DNA of 64,000 nucleotides from Eledone cirrhosa (Eukaryota): NCBI GenBank assembly GCA_964016885.1, contig OZ024743.1, positions 22,878,001 to 22,942,000 of the forward strand, read 5' to 3'. Shown piece by piece: positions 56,805 to 64,000 of this stretch (position 1 is its first letter; each line of letters starts with the position of its first letter). The notes under the pieces were generated by a model. It saw only the letters and a program-made list of their open reading frames with translations, ran no database searches and was not told where the DNA came from. The position numbers and the translations under genes were made by a program.

Positions 56805-57422
56805 CTTCAATCTCTCTGCATATGTGTGTATATAAATAAATATATATATATATATAGTAATAATAATAAATTTGAAGACTAAAATCCAAAGAGGGCTCGA
56901 AAGGATAAATATATAAGAACCGTAGAGCAAATATTTATTAAAATAACTGTTATTTTAATAAATATATATATATATATATATATAGAAAGGATAAAAAGGA
57001 CGATTGATTATTCCTTCATTGCATTTATTGATAGGTGACGCGCGTTTCGCCATTGATCAGCTCAAGGTTCAATCTATATCGATCCTACCCGACTCAATAA
57101 TCGGCAGCTCGACGGACCCTCTTAACATGCTATAAGAAAATGAAATACATGCTATGTGGTAAAGTCAGAGTTTCAAGAGTTTGACAAAATGAGGTGTTTT
57201 GATAGGCGAGAAGGATCAAGGCGATGCACTGGCCTGTAGTGTATATGGGGGTGGGTGTGCACCCCCATATACACTACATATATACACTACATATAATCAA
57301 TCGTCCTTTTTATCCTTTCTATATTTTACACTCTGTATAGCTCTACACATCATCACAGAAGTGAACCTAAACATCGAGTGCTCACCCGGGTGAACCTGCA
57401 GTAACTCCTAGTTACACCCACT

Positions 57423-57532
<110 letters not shown>

Positions 57533-57884
57533 AACAACAAAGAGCGGAGGACGCGTTTCGCACCTTTCCGTCAGACAACCTTTCCCCCACCCCGGAAAAA
57601 AATCCCAGTTGATGGATGTGAATCCGAAATATGTAGGGACAATTAAATCTCTCCCAAGGTAACTCTCTCTCGTGTTGTTATTTTTATTTTATCCTTTATA
57701 CTCTTTCCTTCATTCCTCTACACGTCTTATACACACCACGCATCTCAACGTACACCCACTTACATCTCTCTCTCCACCACCGGATCTTGTTACTCGGAGA
57801 TTTACCCATTTGCATTGTCGAGGCTTCCTAACGACTTAAAGATATTTACCTATTATTCCACAATGCTTCAAGCAAACTTCAATA

Positions 57885-57959
<75 letters not shown>

Positions 57960-57989
57960 AGATCAAAAGATGGTTAAAAGAGTTCCATG

Positions 57990-58060
57990 TATTTTATTAT
58001 GCGCATTTCAAAAACAAATATCATCATGCAATAACATTTGCGTTTTCGTCAGATAAAATA
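57990..58060 (-). ncRNA. Type I hammerhead ribozyme, canonical core
   Basis: TATTTTAT-CTGACGA-long stem II-GAAA-TGCGCA-TA-ATAAAATA: perfect 8-bp stem I, palindromic stem III ATGCGCAT, AUA triplet. Confidence 0.8.
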
Positions 58061-58182
58061 GGGAGACATGATATGAAGGTTAAAACACACTTGTGAATAG
58101 TGCAGTTTTATAACAACATATCATATATGTTAATTTAAAACTGCACTATTCACAAGTGTGTTTTAACCTTCATATCATGTCT

Positions 58183-58189
<7 letters not shown>
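58058..58189. repeat. ~52-bp perfect inverted repeat next to the hammerhead and (TA)n
   Basis: ATAGGGAGACATG...GCAGTTTTA mirrored by TAAAACTGC...CATGTCTCCCTAT. Confidence 0.9.
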
Positions 58190-58240
<51 letters not shown>

Positions 58241-58347
58241 CGAAGGAAATGTGGTAAGGAACCAGGTGGACCATAACGCACCAAAGTACTCAATACTTAG
58301 GGTAGTAGAGTGGGTAATAGGAGCGAGTAGGACCCCGACGGCTGATA

Positions 58348-58545
58348 GCCGTCTTCAGAAATAATGATATTTGTTTATTGAAAAAAAAACAACAAAGATT
58401 TAATATAATAGGTCTGTTTGGGAACAGGTTTTGAATTGATCAATTTTGAATTGGTCAATTCAAAACCTGTTCCCAAACCGACCTATTATATTAAATCTTT
58501 GTTGTTGTTTTTCAATAAATAAATATCATTATTTCTGAAGACAGC
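58348..58545. repeat. Near-perfect palindrome with ~90-bp arms
   Basis: GTCTTCAGAAATAATGATATTT...GAATTGA mirrored by TCAATTC...ATCATTATTTCTGAAGAC. Confidence 0.85.
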
Positions 58546-58820
58546 ATATATATGTGTAGGTATGTATATTCCCTCTGATAGTTTGTAACATTTTTACATA
58601 GATCTATATGATATACATACCAACACACACATATATATCCTAGAAACGATCGTAAAATGATGAATTTTTAATATAAGGAACTGTTTCTTTGTTTTTATTA
58701 ATTTATCTTGACTCTGTTTTCCTGTGATTTTCATCAAAAAAATTTTTGAATACATCTTCTCTTTTCATGATATTTGTTGAGTTCTTCATACGGATTGGAC
58801 ACTACCGTATATTTTGGTAG

Positions 58821-58918
<98 letters not shown>

Positions 58919-59744
58919 TAATATGGAGCAGGAACGAAATATCAATATAACATCATTATGTTTATTCAAATGTGACGTGCGTTTCGCGATCGATCAGCTA
59001 TAGTATGATTGGAAATGATCATGCCTTATTCTGGCATCAATAGCTCAAGAGACTTGTGGATTCTCGAAGGAATATATGCACCGTTATATATACCTAAGGT
59101 TTTGCCAATTCATATTCAGTTTGGGTGCCAAGTATCCGTTGGAGATCATTGGTGTCGGTTGTGTAGTATAATTGTTTAGCCGTGTCAGCGACTGATTACT
59201 AATATTAATATTGTACAAAATATTACAATAAATGAAGGAACGAAGAAAAATGGAAGAATGGAGAGAATGCAATAGCGTAGAGAGATAGGTATGAAGTTAT
59301 AGGTGTTTGTGGGGATTTGGCAGGGTAACGACTAAAGGATAGCGGTGGCTGGTTAATGTATATGGAGAGGAGAGTATGGTGGTGTGAGCGATGTGATTAA
59401 TAAGGTGGGGTCTTGGTGGAGAGATATGTAAGGGGGGTAAGGGGTAGGGTAACTGATTAATGTATAGGGAAAGAGGATTGGGTGGTGTGGGGGATATGGC
59501 CGATAGAGAGATGTTTGTAGGGGATAGATAGGTGCAGTGAGGGAATAAGAGATTTGTGGGGGATGAAGAAGAGGTAGAAAGAGTAGTTATTAGTGAAAAT
59601 ATCTAAGGGCTTTAGAAGGGTGTAAGAGTTAGGGAGTGGTTCTGAAGGTGACATGGGTATTGGGTTCAATAGTGGTGACGATAGATTGTGGGGAGAGCTA
59701 GTGGGAGGGCGGAGAGGTACTCATGGATGGAACAAGTCATATTG

Positions 59745-60050
59745 TATGTTTGTGGCCGGGTCTCCATCATCAGAGTATGGCGCCAGCCCTCCCTGTCCTT
59801 TGTCATCTCAGTTATGAGGTTTAGTTTCTTAAGGTATCTCTTCGCTACCTCATGTCATATCTTCCTAGATCAGCCTTTTCCTAGTGTTCCAGCCACTGGG
59901 ATTTCCCTGCATTTCTTTATGCAGCTGCCATCCTCCATATGCATCACATATCCATAACAGCGCAGTCTTCTCTCTTGCAAATTACATACAAATCCTCTTA
60001 TACCAGATTTTCCTCTTAATTCACTTATGCTACATCCACGAGAGCTGGTT
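59745..60050 (-). mobile_element. 3' fragment of an RTE-type LINE
   Basis: LQERRLRCYGYVMHMEDGSCIKKCREIPVAGTLGKG..DREGWR. Confidence 0.7.
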
Positions 60051-60959
60051 ACCCTTTTAAACATGGCTTGCAGGACCCTCACAAGCCATTCATCTACACT
60101 TAGCTTCCTATGTGCCCACCAGATTATAGAACAGGTGACCTGTCAAAGTCCTTCTCTATATCTACAGATACAGTGGATTACTATTAGCTAAGAATCTCTC
60201 CTGCAGTTGTCTCACAATAAGAAGGATATCAGTAATACTCCTGTCTGGCATAAATCGAAACTGCATCTCAAATGTTTTGAACATGTTCCTAATTAGTTGG
60301 GCTATAACCCTTTCTGAAACTTTCAATACCTGGTCTATCTAGAGTTTTCTCAGGTCAAATGTCTTCTCACCGAATATCTTCTTACCGAATGTCAATTAAA
60401 TTATATAATGTTTGCAGTAAAACGATATATCTCAGTTACGGTTTGCAGACAAAATTACGAAAGCACTGCCGCGGAAAACACTCAGTAACACTCACTGCAT
60501 CGTCCACTCCACCTTCTGGGGCTCCTTCTCAGATGGGATGCACTCCTAATTTTGCAGGGGAAAACGGCAGTTCAGTGCCCAAGTAAAATTGACAAATAGT
60601 TTAATTTGAAGCTAACGTATGATTTTTAAATATACGCATTGTGATACGAAATGTTATCTTTCTTACTAGAAGATACGGCAATTAGAGATTTATTCTTTGT
60701 CACTAAATTATTACCCAATAACGGAAAATTTACGAAATATGTTATAAAAATGTAACTTTCATGTAATAGCTAGCTCAATAAACAGATAATGGTAGGAAAT
60801 GTAATTTTATTTCTTAACACAAACATGCTTTAACTAATATCCGGCAGGGGTAATCTAAAGACGATATCAATATATGGTTGGCAGTTTCTCAGACTGATTG
60901 CTAGACACTTTTATATAAAGAATGTTACATGCGTTAGTAGCAGTAACGATTTATCAGTG

Positions 60960-60990
<31 letters not shown>

Positions 60991-61479
60991 GTAGTAGTAG
61001 TAGTAGTAGTGTTTATCAGTATATAATCTACAGAATGTGTTGCTATGTTATGTGCTCTATCGGTTGTATGAATACTTCTAGCTTACGTACAAGAACACCT
61101 ATTTTAGTGAAAGGAACAGTCGACTAAATCTATCCAAGCCTTTGGAACTTTTATTTATTTATTGATCCTTAAAAAATTAAAGGCAAAGCCGAGCTCAACG
61201 ATCTTTGATCAAAAAATGTAACGGAACGTAACTAAATACCACAAAGCATTTTGTCTGGCACTCTACTGATTCTGCTATCCATCGTCTTCAATCTGTTATG
61301 AATAATATTTTCTAGTTAAGGCACAAGAGCAGCAATTTAGTTGGGTGGGAGAAATCGATTATATACCCGCTAAGGCTTGACTAATACTTTACTTTATTCA
61401 CCATTCTGCCCTATCTTTATCAGGTATGGACATCACCCCCCACCCCCCCCCCCCACCCCACCCCCACCCCAAAAAGAAA

Positions 61480-62470
61480 CATTTATCAGTGCTGCAATCG
61501 AATGTGGCTTTTTAGCCTGGCTAATGGTTTAAAGTACCTTGCATAGAGTCGGCAAGTAGGATATAAACGTGCATTTTTAACTTTGATTGACTCTGGAATG
61601 TTACCATTCTTATTTACACAAGCCTCCTTCTCGTCAGATATGCATGATATGCAGATAATATGCAGATAATAGTCAAGGAATTCAAAAGAATTCTATAATT
61701 TGATGAAACTAGTCTTTGCACCAAGATCCACTAAGATAACATCACTCAGATCAAAGGACGGCTCATATCTACTAACAAACAAAGATAACACAGCTAAAGG
61801 ATTAAAGGAACATTCAATGATTTATTAAATAGAGATTCCCAGGTTGATCAAAACAGCATTAACAATATTCAACAGAGACCCACAGTCCTTTTTCTTAATG
61901 ACCCCCCCCCCCCCCCTCCCCATACACACACACTCTCTAGGCCTTCAAGAAATATATATTAGCATCAAGAACTTAACTTAAGTAAAGCTGCAGGTCTATT
62001 GTTTGCAGAAATTTTCAGATATAGTGGTGAAAAACTAGGAGAAATTTTACATGAACTAATTCTGGAAATATAGTGGAAGAAGTACCAAAGGATTGGAAAG
62101 ATGCAATAATGTGACCTTTGGTCTTATACAAGACCAAAGGTCACATGGTGGAATGCTGAAATCATAGAGAAATAGCCCTTCTCTGTATTGCAGGGAAAAT
62201 TATTGCATCACTCATGTTTTCAAGACTAAAATGTAGTGGGAATCAGCTGCACAGCAGATATTAATATGATGGTAAAAATTAACGAAAAGGAGAACTTTCA
62301 TGAAGATAACGTGTGGAATCTGTAGATACTGTAATTTTGCTATACTTTTAGATATGTACCTAGGATCATTGAGGCTCTGGGATATATTACTAACCGCCTC
62401 AGCAGAAATTCTGAGATGTTAGGATTCACAGAACCAGAAAGAACACGGCTAGTTATGAAACTTCACGTAC
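61480..62470. mobile_element. Mosaic of old LINE fragments: RTE zinc-finger end (minus, ~61485-61555), RTE RT N-terminus (plus, ~61750-62230), RLE C-terminus (plus, ~62270-62460)
   Basis: 61485-61555 matches 16815-16890; degenerate KAAG..AEIF..PKDWKDA and VP.IIEALG motifs. Confidence 0.5.
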
Positions 62471-63284
62471 AGCTCACGAATAGAACTGTAAAATATGTAA
62501 AACATTCCAGATATATGGCATGTAAGAATTACCTACATACACGTATATATAGAGAACCGTGTATATATGTGTATATTTATATGTCATGAAATACAAATCC
62601 ATGCATACAATGACATCCATAGCGCCCCCCCCCCCTACACACACACACACACACACATACACACACACAAACAGAAACACATAGAGAGACACATACATAA
62701 TTTCCTAGTTGGTACTGACTAAGTTCCAATGAAAGAGTTTTGTCTCTTTTTCGAAACTGGCTTTCTTCATCTTTTTCTCTGTTGGTGAAAAATGAAGAAA
62801 AACAAAGCAGAACATATATACATTCATACATACATACATACATACATACATACATACATACATACATACATACATACATAAATACATACATATGCTTATA
62901 TGTATGTGTATATGTGTGTATGTGTGTATGTGTGTATGTGTACATAAGTGCATATATCTTATATGCAGACCTACTTTGAAGGTTCTTCTTAAATGTTAAC
63001 TAAATATTCACCTGTCTCCAAAAATAATAAGCTACCTTACTCAAACTGGTTGGCTTGTTAGCAAGCCTGTTAGCATCCTATCCCATTGTTTCCTGTATTT
63101 GTTACAATGAAGAAAAAACTAATAATAGCTTCCCTCTACCATCATTTTATATTCTTGTTTTCTCACTTAACTTAAAATAAAACCAGCTTGCATAAATTTG
63201 TACTCTCTTTCTTTCATGCCCTTTCATTTTACACCTCTATTCCTCCCGGAGACAAAAGGTTTATGGGTCTCAATATCACCGTTG

Positions 63285-63470
63285 AAGGATATTGGATTGG
63301 CAGAGTTTGTAGAGCGTCAGATAAAACGCCATTGCAGTATTTGTTCTGGCTGTTTATATTCTGAGTTCAAATCCCACTGAGATCAACTTTGACTTTTATC
63401 GTCCGGGGACGATAAAATAAAATACCAGCCATATAATGAGATTGATTTAATCTCTTATCCACTTCCCCCA
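63285..63470 (+). mobile_element. SINE copy
   Basis: GGATTGGCAGAG..GAGTTCAAATCCC..GATAAAATAAAATACCAG. Confidence 0.7.
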
Positions 63471-63779
63471 CTTGCGATAAAGCTACACTGTTTGTATACA
63501 TATATAAGGAATTCCATTGTATTGTGTTATCAGCAATAGCAACGTGCATAATCTGTATGTCTGCGAAATGCATGTTTCTGTCGTTGTTGTCTACGACCAT
63601 GTCATGTTTAATCAAACTGTCTGTTTTCACTAGCGTAGCCTATTACATAAAGTACACTGTTAGAAGTGAAAGCGTCAAATTTGTTGAAAATTGGAGATTG
63701 TAAAGATAAAACGGAATACAAGAAAGAGAAACGAATTGAAACTGAAAGGAGATGGAAAGAAAAGAGGATGTATGAGCAA

Positions 63780-64000
63780 TTTTATACAGAAGCCAAAACC
63801 GATTTGGAGAAGAGGTGGCTATGGCTGCAGAAAACTGAAACCTTAAATTCTGCAGCGCAAACCCTGAGTACAAATTTTGTTAAACACAAGATTGACAATT
63901 CAGGTGAAACAGAAAAATGTACGATGTGCAGAGAAAAGGAAGAAACTGTGTCACATATCACCAGCCAGTGCACAAAGCTGGCACAGAAAGAATACAAACG
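63780..64000 (+). mobile_element. Dong/R4 fragment (zinc-knuckle region), running off the window
   Basis: WLWLQ..SAAQTLSTN..KCTMCREKEETVSHITSQCTKLAQKEYK, homologous to ~9810-10020. Confidence 0.8.

Noticed and set aside
60491-60550. Candidate upstream exon of the Cys-rich gene (GCA|GTGAGT donor on minus)
   Set aside because: The required phase-0 frame has a TGA stop and no signal-peptide character.
63367-63630. 87-aa minus ORF as first exon of the gene
   Set aside because: Looks like a decayed RLE fragment running into an antisense SINE; no hydrophobic signal peptide.

Overview
Eukaryotic, AT-rich and microsatellite-rich genomic DNA. The SINE families, Dong/R4 and RTE-BovB LINEs and (TA)n/(TACA)n load suggest a cephalopod, probably Octopus; this is inference, not a database match. 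1.6-20.7 kb is a retrotransposon pile-up: two full-length Tx1-clade LINEs and a 5'-truncated Dong/R4 element sit in one (AAT)n tract, followed by a near full-length RTE element ending in three C2H2 fingers. 21-27 kb is SINE-dense. 31.4-43.4 kb is a degenerate tandem array of ~0.45-0.9 kb units; eight units carry a TATA + A-box + B-box + oligo-T Pol III-type gene with tRNA box spacing but no proper cloverleaf. A third Tx1 element and hammerhead-bearing inserts interrupt the array. Type I hammerhead ribozymes with palindromic stem III (Penelope pLTR/retrozyme type) recur beside (TA)n tracts. The best case is a 591-bp tandem + inverted repeat at 41.2-42.7 kb with three copies of a U3-A8 variant hammerhead. 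One host gene is visible: three spliced minus-strand exons (55869-52793) encoding a 16-Cys Argos/scoloptoxin-11-like protein, probably secreted, whose first exon was not found. Most short ORFs in the track are microsatellite or antisense artefacts.
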